A program made the translations under genes and the position numbers. Of a stretch of 64,000 nucleotides of DNA, positions 37,801 through 47,538 are shown in pieces; within the stretch, counting starts at the first letter, position 1; the number at the start of each line of letters is the position of its first letter. Origin of the DNA: Tubulanus polymorphus (Eukaryota > Animalia > Nemertea). The notes under the pieces were generated by a model that did not search any database, was not told the DNA's origin, and saw only the letters and a list, made by a program, of their open reading frames with translations. The DNA is taken from contig NC_134035.1 in assembly GCF_964204645.1 (NCBI RefSeq), positions 8,030,451-8,094,450 on the forward strand, written 5' to 3'.

Positions 37801-39780
37801 TTAGGCTGAAATAATTATCAAAAACGCTTGAAAGATGCTAATATGAAAATCCGACATGTAGAATAGGAATATTTTAGAAATTTTGTCATTATCCATAGTT
37901 TTAAGAATATCAAACCGACCTTATGTAAAGTTAACCCTTTTATGACGATGCCGCTATTGGGGTCTTCTCTAATTGGCAGGGCGCCGCTTGGTTTCAACAA
38001 ATCTTGTATAGTTTCATTATATATCTAAAACAATTGAACAGTACGTAACAATACATGAGCGATTGCTTAGCACGGAATATGATAACATTTAACAAATTTG
38101 TGTTTCAGATCTGACGCTACATGGTAATTCCATTTGTTGTAGTAATGAGGATGATTCAACATCGAAACTTTTTAAAGGAAAATGCACAAGAAACCATTCC
38201 ACTTTTGAAAGTATTCCGATATTTTTTGGGAGTAAGAAAAAGAGTAGTAAATACTCTCAATCATTCAAATAGTGGGTGTGGATGTCCCATGAATTTTTTT
38301 AATAGCAAATTTGGCTATCACGAATATACCCATCTAAAGTGACAAATAACCCATTAAAGGTGACAGCTCCTCGCGACTACGGCCATTTGTACCGGAAGAA
38401 GGCAATGCAGTGATGTGAGGGAAGCGTCAACATTCTTATGGAAATGTGAGCATTAGGTAAATCAAGCATTCTACAAGCGAGTGCATTAAAAGAGTTAAAT
38501 AATGTTAACGAAATAACACCCATAGCAGATATGTAGAGACAGTTTATTTCCTAATAGTTTCGAGGTTAAAACTAAACCTCATCTTCAGAGGAACAAAAAA
38601 TACAAAAATGTATTTTTAAATACATGTTAAAACTTTAGTTTTAACCTCGAAACTGTTAGGAAATAAACTGTTTCTACGGATCTGCTGTGGGTTTTTATTT
38701 GTTAACTCTACATTGTGATTCATATCAGTTCACTGCAGTCGAGTTAAATAGTGTCCAACGCGTTTAATTACCTCTAAATACGACACAGCGACGTCGCAAC
38801 TTTTCTCATCTTTCATGTCTTCGATTCGTTCGTACAATTCCATCATCGTGTGAAACGTAACCCCGGGACATTCCATATTACCCAACATCGTGTGCGTTTT
38901 ACCGGCTCCGGTCGCCCCGTACGCGAATACTAAATAAACAACAAATCATCAACCATTATTTCTAGTAACTATTTTGTCTTTCGTTATCATTGTAGGATTC
39001 TCAAACAGATTGATAACTGCAGTCAATTAAGAACGCAATTCCTGAAAAGGTTATCACACTGTATTTAATAGGGATGTCAACATTTTAATGGTAACCGGTT
39101 GATTAAGGTGATTCTCAAGAAAAACTACCGAGGAAAGGTGCCGTAAATGCTTTGTGAAATCAAATACTACCCAGATTAGATGAAAATTTATGAAATTCCA
39201 AAATACTTCAAAACCGGGAAATTTAAAAATTTCAAAAAGCAGACGATTTCTACCATCAATGACAATGGCTGGACTCAGTAACCAACTCAAGTGAAACGAG
39301 GCAGCCAAACGCAGATCATGCAAACAATAAGATACACGATGTAATTGCTGCAGTGAGGATTGAAAAATTACCCGAACAGTTGATTCCATTCAGTAGACAA
39401 TCCAGTATAGACCGTACACAATGTTCGTACACCTGTCTATTGATAGCATTCGGATCGAAAACGCGATCGAACGCGAAACGCATATCGCGACTTTTCTTCT
39501 TCAGGATATCGTAGCGCCGCGCGCCGGCCGAACCAAATCCGTCTTTACTATCGTCTGCCGGGTCGAACACGAGTATGTGATCGTCTAACGCTTGCACGAC
39601 GTTTGAAAAGTTGCCGTCTTTTTCTTTGATATTTTCCGGTCGTATCCGTACGACGACTTTCACGTTGCTGTTCGATGATTTTATCGTACGATCGCGTACC
39701 GCCGATGCCGGAGTTCTCGACGCGCGACACGAGGACGCCGGTCCATTCATCGGAGTCTGCTGCATATTTCTAACAACCAT
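16871..39780 (-). CDS. KIF18A: Kinesin-8 family motor, KIF18A-like
   Basis: Sixteen in-frame GT-AG exons: 39780-39372, 38929-38772, 38024-37920, 37805-37695, 37265-37068, 36642-36457, 36170-36096, 35822-35722, 34958-34793, 33665-33498, 32702-32581, 21661-21426, 18997-18412, 18140-17610, 17073-17008, 16925-16871. Motor motifs: [46 protein letters not shown]; kinesin-8-type loop ILVFDP...[10 protein letters not shown]. Confidence 0.93.
19141..21414. repeat. 35-bp minisatellite (about 40 units), interrupted by a HINE
   Basis: Unit AATCAAGGGTACAGATAACCGAGGGTTGACTGTAT with 36- and 38-bp variants. Confidence 0.95.
19409..20275 (+). mobile_element. Helentron-associated non-autonomous element (HINE; pearl/MgE-like structure)
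   Basis: Starts AACAAG; subterminal AGCTCCGCTG; about four internal ~145-bp repeats (starting near 19597, 19741, 19887, 20033); (ACGG)n tract; 3' hairpin AGCTCCGCTGACCTTCGGTCACAGCGGAGCT; no TSD. Confidence 0.85.
23190..23325 (-). pseudogene. LINE reverse transcriptase fragment (duplicated at about 29240-29365)
   Basis: Minus-strand QGSILG and YADD motifs. Confidence 0.65.
23332..23686. mobile_element. PIF/Harbinger-like MITE, present only in copy A
   Basis: TIRs GGCTGGCTTATGTCGACAAGCAACGCGA / TCGCGTTGCTTGCCGTCATAAGCCAG; TSD TTA; empty site GTTAGAC at about 29369 in copy B. Confidence 0.85.
24208..25155 (-). CDS. Intronless rhodopsin-class 7TM GPCR (FMRFamide-receptor-like / candidate chemoreceptor), copy A
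   Basis: 315 aa with seven hydrophobic segments; GVTLN (TM1), LALSD (TM2), CERL in place of DRY, LELP (TM6), NSSVNFIIY (TM7), helix 8 NKQFR. Confidence 0.88.
   Translation of the reverse strand: MNETSIYVYKQSAPFTWIREAFLIPPLVAVGVTLNVLVVVVLRKLKTRNRCFDLLRYLALSDIMYLLTKFIYGPARFYVQYARYGTNSVMKFPKAHISPYMNIWGTALNLGSLMSRNYFTVIIQCERLVTIIFPLHVKRSLLPLVIITYTLSLSLYTYVPIFNRVKRQDRYQDLRIVHYALYIPEYDKTIYKIFRLYIDPSIRIIIPSILVFAANIALIIVLVVKDKQRKALTASTIAPSQNQMKATKMVLTMSIIFSILELPGSIGRMATDRTYVNMFPKIYSFTQVLNSSVNFIIYTIVNKQFRNTLYRLLKT
26060..26500 (+). pseudogene. Degenerate CR1/L2-clade LINE RT fragment
   Basis: [44 protein letters not shown], broken by frameshifts. Confidence 0.75.
26545..27140. repeat. Degenerate low-complexity array rich in TTGTTCGAA motifs
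   Basis: Recurrent GTTCGAA/TTCGAAC separated by A/T runs. Confidence 0.6.
27737..28160. repeat. Diverged ~160-bp tandem repeat
   Basis: GTGTCATATAC..GTATTTAGTAAATATC..ATTTGG at about 27739 and 27897; partial copy at about 28118. Confidence 0.6.
28813..29018 (-). mobile_element. tRNA-derived SINE with TSD
   Basis: A box TGGCCGAGTGG, B box GGTTCAAACC, A-rich tail; TSD AATTCCAGATGTT / AATGCCAGATGTT; related copy at 45319-45515. Confidence 0.8.
30000..30288 (+). mobile_element. 5'-truncated CORE-like SINE with L2-type tail, present only in copy B
   Basis: B box GGTTCAAACC; core GTGTCCTCGGGCAAGACACTT..GTAAATGGGTACC; tail GTAAAGCGCT..AGCGCTATATAA-(ATT)n; absent at the paralogous site near 24178. 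Confidence 0.8.
30321..31268 (-). CDS. Intronless rhodopsin-class 7TM GPCR, copy B
   Basis: 315 aa; 21 differences from copy A by manual comparison; same motifs. Confidence 0.88.
   Translation of the reverse strand: MNETSIYVYKQVSPFSWIREAFIIPPLVAVGVTLNVLVVIVLRKLKTRNRCFDLLRYLALSDIMYLLTKFLKGAVRFYVQYARYGTNSVMKFPKARISPYMNIWGTALNMGSLMSRNYFTVIIQCERLVTIIFPLHVKRSLLPLVIITYTLSLSLYTYMPIFNRVKRQDRYQDLRIVHYAHYVPEYDKTIYKIFHMYINPFIRIIIPSVLVFAANIALIIVLVVKDKQRKALSASTIAPSQNQMKATKMVLTMSIIFSILELPGSIGRMATDRTYVNMFPKIYSFTQVLNSSVNFIIYTIVNKQFRNTLYRLSKT
33036..33332. mobile_element. Foldback Penelope-like (pLTR-derived) element
   Basis: Near-perfect inverted arms of about 128 bp (33069-33196 / 33205-33332); flanking direct repeat TTTTATTTTAAGACT at 33021 and 33327. 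Confidence 0.75.
33156..33197 (-). ncRNA. Minimal type I hammerhead ribozyme
   Basis: ACAC-CUGACGA-U-GAUCU(CUAGGGUU)AGAUC-GAAAC-GUC^GUGU: stem I, core, stem II, GUC cleavage triplet, palindromic ACGU in place of stem III. Confidence 0.7.
34189..34307. mobile_element. Harbinger-like MITE with CWG TSD
   Basis: CTG-GGGCCGGTTCCATAGTC...GACTATGGAACCGGCCC-CTG; relatives near 23880-24023, 29705-29845, 52855-52963 and 62974-63082. Confidence 0.7.
35100..35591. repeat. 36/42-bp minisatellite with a 78-bp higher-order pattern
   Basis: Unit TATACGTAAAGACATGTTAGCTAACTCTATGAATCG; variants carry an extra GGCCTA. Confidence 0.95.
38503..38706. mobile_element. Second foldback Penelope-like element with hammerhead motif
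   Basis: Inverted arms GTTAAC..GAGGTTAAAACTAAA / TTTAGTTTTAACCTC..GTTAAC; minus strand 38593-38548 reads UUCCU-CUGAAGA-U-GAGGUU..AACCUC-GAAACUAUU-AGGAA. Confidence 0.65.
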
Positions 39781-40051
39781 TTTGTATTTCGATGCTCGTA
39801 TATATCTTTTCAGTAGCACATATGTATATTATACATAGGTAAAAAGCTCTGTAAATAAATAAAAGTTGAAAATTTTAAAAAGTTGCTTCATTCAAAGACA
39901 CGGTTCACAGCGACTTGTACCCCTTGACATATATCATTTTCGAAGTGGCTACTCGTACGGACACGTACGAATAATTCCGTAGGGTATTCGTACGCACCCG
40001 TACAAATTGGAATGTTCGTACGGGAAGTGATAGGGTTAGGTGTCGACTATC

Positions 40052-40127
40052 AGCGAGCTCGGTGGTCTAGTGGTATGATGCTGCGTTAGTAATTTACTGG
40101 CCCGGGTTCGAGTCTCGCTCTATCCGC
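40052..40127 (+). pseudogene. tRNA-like sequence (pseudo-tRNA or SINE head)
   Basis: A box TGGTCTAGTGG and B box GGTTCGAGTC; anticodon and acceptor stems pair poorly. Confidence 0.5.
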
Positions 40128-40489
40128 TCTATTTTTCTCTTACACTTCTCCACACTTTCCTTGAATTTCTGCACCTTGTACGCATGCGCAGCGTTAATCT
40201 TCTGTTGACTTAAGTTTTCATGCAGTTTTTGGATTGAATGGCTTGAATACATATTGAAATCATAGGTAACAGATAGCTCTTCATTTACTTATGACTGCAT
40301 TTACAAGTGAAAACAATATTCCCTGGACGAATTCGAATAAATTTCAATTAATTGAATTTGATTAAAAATTAATTCGGAGGTGGAAAAAGTTCTCAATTTT
40401 CTGGCTGGATTTAGAAAATCTACCATTCACTGACTGTGAAATAGCCTCATCGTTTAGGCCTAACATATTTCCAGAAATACAAAGGAACG

Positions 40490-40800
40490 TACACGTTTTA
40501 AAGGCTATGATTCGATTCTTCTAACACTGTTCAAATATTCCGGTAATATCCGCCATATTTACTACCACAACATTCACAAATCGATGGTTTTGAATCGCGG
40601 GATTTCATTGGCCGAACGTTTGTAACGGCGATTCTGATTCGTCGCGGAGACGATGACGACGTCAACGGAATCCCCACTAAGCGAAATCCCGTACTTTAAT
40701 GACGTCATCTTGGAAAAGCCTATCTATGGAGGAAATCCCTTCCACTAATTGCTGCTCAAAGGAAATTTAAGTCAAAAAGACCCGTCAGCTGCTGACGTAA
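40490..40800. promoter_or_regulatory. Bidirectional promoter, KIF18A / TSSC4-GXYLT
   Basis: CpG-rich; YY1-like CCGCCATATT at 40550; TTTGAA at 40589 next to CGCGGGA; CCAAT (ATTGG) at 40607; two TGACGTCA sites; candidate donors at 40492 (-) and 40797 (+). Confidence 0.6.
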
Positions 40801-41372
40801 GTAGTAATTAACAGATTAGATCGTTGTATAGATTATGTAATTACAAACAATGAATTTAGCACAATTTGATTGAAAAAAGTAAACCATGATGCTCACCCAT
40901 CCGAACGAGAAAGTGAACTGAAATGAAGACAAGTTCTGAACTGTGTCTGTGAATCTATCTAAACTGATTTTTTCGAAAGATAAAAAAGAGAGGTGTCACT
41001 GTCTCATATCTTTTTCAAGTTCGATGAATCCAATAAGTTTTCAACATGATAATCATTAATAAGACCAGGGACAACTAAAGCTGTGTATACTTTTTCGTGG
41101 GGCAGGGTGTAGTAGGGGGGCGCAGGGCGTTAGCACAACGGTGAAAGTATGTTGCTCAGGCTCAGAGTCAGGAGGAGAAGGTGGAATATTAACTATCATT
41201 TAAAATTAGTATCGAAAATTGTTAATTTACTACGATTCATACGAAACCCTGGATAATTGTCTCCAAAAGAAAAATTGGAACTCTTGCAAGGAATTAATAA
41301 ACCAGCGATTGCTAGATACTGCTATACGCTGTGCAAGCACAGAGGAGTCCTGATCACTGCAACCGGCTTTAA

Positions 41373-41943
41373 CCCTTTTGCTGCGTATGACGAACTGGAC
41401 TCGTCATTAAATTGACATTTGATGTGTGTATGACGAGCTAAGCAGTAGGCACTATAGCAGTAGTCATCACCTGTAGGCCTATATCAGACAAACTTAGTTT
41501 TGATTTGGTCTGAAAGAGGGCGACACTGTCACCAGTTGGTGGGGCGTACTCTTTTATGACCTCCGAAGTCTCCGTCCAAAATCTCTGGTTAGCTCCACAC
41601 AAAATCCGAATCATACCACCTCGACAGAAAGGAGGTTTCGGAGACTCCAACAAGTCACGTGACCAATATAACAGAGTACGATTGGAGGCAAACGGATTCT
41701 CCGATCTGATAAAAGAGTACGCCCTTAGGGTGGTTGGCCGGCTGGTAGTGCCCGGCTATGGCTTATTGCATGTGCTATGCTTTTGCATTCTCATGGTGGT
41801 CGGAATTTAAAGATAATATTTCTAGTTACTTTCAGCGAGGAAACGTCATAAAATGAATAAGGCCCCAGTCAGAAATATGTCGTTTTATTTTAAATTGCTA
41901 TAATTTTTCGACCCGGGGATCACCACAATTCGCAGCGAAAGGG
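41373..41943. mobile_element. piggyBac-like element with a nested MITE (41542-41724)
   Basis: TTAA-CCCTTTTGCTGCG...CGCAGCGAAAGGG-TTAA; nested TIRs GGGCGTACTCTTTTA / TAAAAGAGTACGCCC. Confidence 0.75.
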
Positions 41944-41976
41944 TTAAATCCATCTATTACTTTCAGACTAATCGAT

Positions 41977-42864
41977 ATGACATCGAAAAAAGACGACGCT
42001 AAGGATCGGGACGTGCCGTCGTTCGCAATCGCCGGTGAAAGTAGTTCTTTTAAATCGAAAACTGATTCCATCTTTGGCTGTTTAGACGTGTTGGAAAAAA
42101 AGCATTCGGCCGTCGAAAAAGTGAGGGATAAACACGGAGTGGATACTAAATTCTGGAAAAGTGAGCCGGCTGCCGAGCCGGTTCAGAGTACAAATCGTCG
42201 ACCAAATCATCATCAATCGTCGAAACATATTGACAGTAATCGTAAGCATACGCGATCAGTGTCTCCCCCTATATCGCGTCGAAGCAACAAATCTGGTCGA
42301 GATGATCGTCCGTCGAATCGTGGCTGGTCGGCCGACGATTTCAAGGTTCCGTTCTCGAGGCCTCCGCCTCCTCCGCGATCGAGGAACGTTCCCGGATTTC
42401 GCAAAGAGCCGGAAAAATGGAAAAAATATACGTTGAGCGACGTCGGTTCAGATCAGTTAACGGATCGCGCGAACGCTAAAGCCGCGTTCGGGTTTTTAGA
42501 TGAACTGCGTAAACGTAGACAGTCCGAGTTGACGGATGGCGGCGACGACGACCTCGAATCGGGCGATCAAAAAATCACGTTCAAAAAGCCAAGAATTGCG
42601 AAATCACGAGCGGCGCCGTCTGGTAGCGGTATTTCCGATGATAGTAGCGGTAGTAGCGATTGTAAAGATGGCGCTGTTGGCAATGCGACGCCGTTCGTTT
42701 ACGGGGGCGGAAAAATCGTGCAGGCCGAATATCAGGTTGGCAAACATTCGGAGAAGACGAAAAAAATGACGAGCGCTAAAGCTAAACCTGTCGCCTCTTC
42801 CGATGTTGTTTCTCTATCGCATTTAATGGATGATGATGATGATGAAGATGAGAGTGATGACTAG
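41977..42864 (+). CDS. TSSC4: TSSC4 (U5 snRNP assembly/recycling factor), single coding exon
   Basis: 295 aa; FKSKTDSIFGCL, PGFRKEPEKWKKYTLSDV, ANAKAAFGFLDELRKRR, VQAEYQVG, SLSHL plus acidic tail; acceptor TTTCAG ending at 41966; AATAAA at 43575. Confidence 0.88.
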   Translation: MTSKKDDAKDRDVPSFAIAGESSSFKSKTDSIFGCLDVLEKKHSAVEKVRDKHGVDTKFWKSEPAAEPVQSTNRRPNHHQSSKHIDSNRKHTRSVSPPISRRSNKSGRDDRPSNRGWSADDFKVPFSRPPPPPRSRNVPGFRKEPEKWKKYTLSDVGSDQLTDRANAKAAFGFLDELRKRRQSELTDGGDDDLESGDQKITFKKPRIAKSRAAPSGSGISDDSSGSSDCKDGAVGNATPFVYGGGKIVQAEYQVGKHSEKTKKMTSAKAKPVASSDVVSLSHLMDDDDDEDESDD

Positions 42865-43654
42865 ATGCGATGTTGTCTCGAGCATTTTGATCGACATACT
42901 AATTTAAGAATAGAACCTTGATCCCTTGTCACTGGATTTTACGGAGTAAACTCAGTTTCCCTTTGAGTTGATTGTCACTGTATTTGTCGCTAGTGTGCGA
43001 TGGGCTTAAATACATTAACTGTAGTAAAACCGCAGTATATCATATACCGTTTGAATGGTAACACGTTATGTAACTAAGAACGAGATTTTCAAAAAGGGGG
43101 TGCTCTGCTGTTACATCCCTGAGAAAATTTTGAAAAATTTGTCTTCATTTTCACGCATTCTGAGCGTTTTTAGGCACTGCTTGATCGTCTCATATATTTA
43201 AAACGTACCAGTGTTTTTAAAATTAGCGTTGAAAAACTGAAAGGAAATTTTCCGATGGAGGGATGCTATAGCGCCTAAAGCAGCCCCCTAGTATAGGAGC
43301 CTAAGTAGTGTCTGCTGTATAGGCCTATATGTAAATGTTAATGAGGTGATGATTGAGTCTGTTTGTTATAAGCTATATTTTGTTATATCTAGTATGAGAT
43401 TGGCCTAGGTTAGTACATCCCCTATGGGTCGACTGAGTGAGCTCTTTGATGAATGAACTGCTACTATGAACTCTTCTTTTGAAACATCTAGTGAAAAACT
43501 TCTATAAAACATGTGTGAACATTTCGCTTGGACTTTCATCTGTACATCCGGAAACTGTATATTTCATTTATATCAATAAAGTAAAAATGTAAATCGTCAT
43601 CTTTAAAAAATCGATCTTTCTTATCACATGTGGCTGTGTTTGACCTTTTGAATA

Positions 43655-43821
43655 GGGATCATCAATTAATTACGTACGCATAAAATTTGAATTTTTCAAC
43701 CCCCTCCCCTTCTGTACGCAAAATCGGCCATTTTTTCGTATACATTAAGCATTAGCCTACAGTACGCAATTGCACTGACCCCTCCCCCTCCCTAATGCGT
43801 ACGTAATAAATGAATGACCCC
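43655..43821. mobile_element. Harbinger-like MITE, 3-bp TSD ATA
   Basis: TIRs GGGATCATCAATTAATTACGTACGCA / TGCGTACGTAATAAATGAATGACCCC. Confidence 0.7.
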
Positions 43822-44398
43822 ATATTATTAGCTCCAATGTGACCGAAGGAGTTTATGTGTTAGCGTAATCTCCATAAGCTACTAGTGCTACTAGAGTTTT
43901 CATGCAATCTTTCTGAAACATGATATCTGTAGATGAGGGAAAACAGATGTAGATGATATTGAGCTGTTATTCTGATTTGTCCTCTAGGACAATTGCTCCC
44001 TGGAAAATACCCCCTGATATCATTTAAGTCCTACAATTTGGTTGTATAAAGAGTACGATAGATTCGGTTCAAGCTGCATCTTTTGGGTCTAAAATGTGTC
44101 CCTCCTGAGTGATACTCAGTAATCCCTGTTCCTGAAACTGGTACATCGGTCGTCTATCCAACAGCGTTTGTCAATTTTCTAGTTTAGCGCTTAAACAGCA
44201 TTTCTTTGCTGTTTATTTCAGATGGATTTGGCACTATTTGGAATCGACTGACTTCATCTGTCATAGCCAAAACATGTTAGCGGATTCACTGTTCACATCG
44301 ATACTACACGTTAGTTTCAAAGCCTTTCATATCTGATGTGTAAGCTGCGACGTTAGTGACTGAACAGCGCACTGTCATCTTGGAATCTGTGATAAAGG

Positions 44399-47089
44399 AT
44401 GAAAATACGGAGGAACAAGAAAATGCTGTTCAAAATCGCGCTAACGTTGATTCTAGGCCTGGCCATAGCTACTTATTTTCTGATGAAATACTCGCACATT
44501 GATGAGTTTGATAAAGAAACTGTTATTCTCGCTGGCAGTGAAGATCCTCCAGTTGTAACTAAAGATAATTCAATGATTCACTTTATGGAAAAAGAACATA
44601 TGAAGTAAGTTATCATGATTAACCCCTTAATCGATACAATGATTCATCGGATATAACAAATATAGAATTTCGTCCCGAGTAGGAAAATTTTATACTGAAT
44701 ATAACGAAATATCGGTCATAACGAACAGTTTTTCTGGTCCCTTGAAGTTCGCTTTAACGAGGTTCCACTGTATGAAAAAATTCTTTTCAGAATTCCCGTC
44801 GATAAGAATGTGGTGCATCTTGCTGTCGTCGTCTGCGGAGAAAGATTTGCTGAAACTATGGTTTTGTTGAAATCTGCTGTTGTGCTCACCAAAAAAAAGT
44901 TATATTTTCATATCATCGCCGAAGATGAACTGCACGACAAATTTGAAACTGCTGTAAGTTATTTAGCCACATTAGTAACCGATTAGATTTTGGGTCCTGA
45001 AAGTTCAAGGTCAAGGGGTTAGCAGCTACGAGTTTATATAGCCGTTCTTGGATTTGTTCTTAAAGAATACCTTCAGCGTTAGGCCATTGAATAAGAAAAG
45101 TTTAAGAAACACAGCTGAGCTATATCACCTAATAGGCTGCTTCTCTTTTTTTCTCACTTTTCTAGTTGAAACATTGGCCTGCTGATATTAAAGCGCGGCT
45201 TCACTTCACAGTTTATCCGCTGTCGTTCCCGAAACAAAATACAGACGAATGGAAAAGATTGTTCAAACGTTGCGCATCGCAGAGACTATTCTTACCTGTG
45301 AGTAGAGTTCTAACCTAATGGTTGTAGTGGCCGAGTAGTTTGAGCTGCCATTTGGTTGATTGTCAATCCAGGGTTCACGGGTTCAAATCCTAGTCCAGGT
45401 TTTTGGTTGAAGGTTTTTCTCCGGTCTCTCTCCCCTTCATTTCAAAAATAGAAACAACAAACGGACTATCAACACCCTGCTTGCCCTCGGTGGGTTGAGG
45501 GTAAGAAAATATTTTTAACTTTTAGCCACCTTTTGGTCAATTTTTCAGTCAATGCTGCATGATGTTGATACTGTTTTGTACGTAGACACGGATACTCTAT
45601 TCGTCACGTCATTAGATGATTTTTGGAATCATCTCGAGGCGTTCAACAGCACTCAAATAGCGTCGATGACGGTGGAAACCGAGAATGCGGCGACAGGCTG
45701 GTACAACAGATTCGCTCTACATCCGTACTATGGAGAAACTGGTAAATTATACTATTTCCTAGGGAAGTGAGTTCAAAGAGTACGTACCCCAAAATCTCTG
45801 GATTGTTCCAAAAATTAGAAGCCTCCCTCGAACAGAGGTACGTACTTTTTGAACGCTCTCTTAGGCTAGGATGTCATTCTTTCTAGTCAATGCTTCATTT
45901 TCTCAGCAAGGGAATGAGAGACATTTTGAAAATATGCTACAACAAACTTCAAGGCCCAGTTTTGTGGACTGGTATCAACTTTACCGGGGGTTAACTCAAT
46001 TCATTTGCAATTGTGATAACCCCCAGGGCTAAAGTTTATACCTGTCTATAAAACTGGATGATAATTTGTTATATCTAATTAGAAAATCGTTTCATTTTTG
46101 ATTCCTAGGTTTGTCATAGCTTCATCTGGTAGAATGTTGTATGTACTACAGTCGTTTATTAACTTGTATCTTAACTGATTTATTTAGGAATGAATTCCGG
46201 TGTTATGTTAATGAATCTCACTCGAATGAGACAAGTCAGCTGGGAACAGCGAATGCAGCAATTTTATTCTCAATACAAATTCAAAATAGTTTATGGCGAC
46301 CAAGATCTCATCAATATATATTTTAGCCAATATCCAGGTATGCAAGTACAGTAGAACCCGCTTAATACAAAATATCTGGGTCGAGTGAAATCTGGTTTAT
46401 GGTAAAATATCATATCCTACTTAGAGGAAAATGTAATTAATAATACATTGGTTAGATCAAATTCCGAATTCTCATCTGCATTGAGTGGGTTAAATTGTTG
46501 TACTGTCCAATTGCTCGACATCAACTGGATTTGATATTATAATGATAGAAAATAATTCCATTTTTTGATAAAACGCTGCTTTTTTTATCAATAGACCAAA
46601 TCTATGCAACTAGTTGCGAGTGGAACTATCGTCCTGATCAGTGTATGTACATCAATGACTGCAAGAGCAAAGATAACATTCGCGTTATCCACGGTAGTAG
46701 ACGGTGTTTTCATAATGAGAAACAACCTGCTTTTAAAGCTGTTTACGATGCATTCAAATACGTAAGTTTAGTATAAACTTTAGTATCTAGCCATTGCCTC
46801 CGATGGGTACCAGCAATAAATATTGCAAAGTCCAAATGCTCCAGTGTAAAGCAGCTTATGTAGTTTCAATCTTACATCATACTTTCATATTTTCCAGTAC
46901 GAATTGGGAAGCGAAGTAACTACGAATCTGATCGATGCGATAAAAACGAATCTGCTCGACACACAAGAGACGAATTGCGGTAAAGTATCCCATCTATTCT
47001 ATAAAAATCTCGAGGACCATATAGCGCGAATACGAAGCGATGCTACGAATCATTTTGAAGAAATCGAACAAAACAGGACAGAAAGATAA
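44399..47089 (+). CDS. GXYLT: Glucoside xylosyltransferase (GT8 family; GXYLT1/2, shams-like)
   Basis: Exons 44399-44604, 44791-44953, 45166-45297, 45549-45741, 46188-46337, 46595-46761, 46898-47089. Type II membrane anchor; HLAVVVCGER, EWKRLFKRCASQRLFLP, LYVDTD (DXD), GMNSGVMLMNL, WNYRPDQC. Confidence 0.93.
45319..45515 (+). mobile_element. tRNA-derived SINE (same family as 28813-29018)
   Basis: TGGCCGAGTAG A box, GGTTCAAATC B box, shared GTCAATCCAGGGTT and GTGGGTTGAGGGT 3' end. Confidence 0.7.
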
Positions 47090-47246
47090 ATGCGTGTACC
47101 GGTAGAGCAATTACTTAAATATCACGGGTGAACTGCTGTAATAGGTTTATATACATTTCAATCAGAGATTTTGTTGTTAAGTCTAGATCAGTCCATTGTA
47201 ATATATCTAGGCTGTATTTTGAGATTAATAAGTACACGTATAATAG

Positions 47247-47538
47247 CCGCAATCACACGGGAAGATGATATAGCCCGGGCGAAATTGGCACAGATCAGGC
47301 CCCGATTCAAAATTGGCCTGTGCGCCTAATTAGAGAGAGTGTTCATATGTAAACCACTCGCTTGATACTAAACAATTACGGAATCTGTAGCAATTCATAT
47401 GCAATAATTTAACCAGTGCTAAAATTTGGCTTGGGCCTGGTTCAACGTTTTTAGTCGGGCCAAATTTGGCACCCGTATGAACGGTTCGTTTCGGGCCATA
47501 ATTTGTCACCGGCCAAAATTGCTCGCATGATCGCGGCT
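47247..47538. mobile_element. MITE family with relatives near 2270-2575, 6340-6600 and 14640-14800
   Basis: TIRs GCCGCAATCACACG / CGCATGATCGCGGC; shared internal GGGCCAAATTTGGCAC motifs. Confidence 0.6.

Noticed and set aside
40052-40127. Functional tRNA gene
   Set aside because: A and B boxes are present but the cloverleaf stems do not pair properly.
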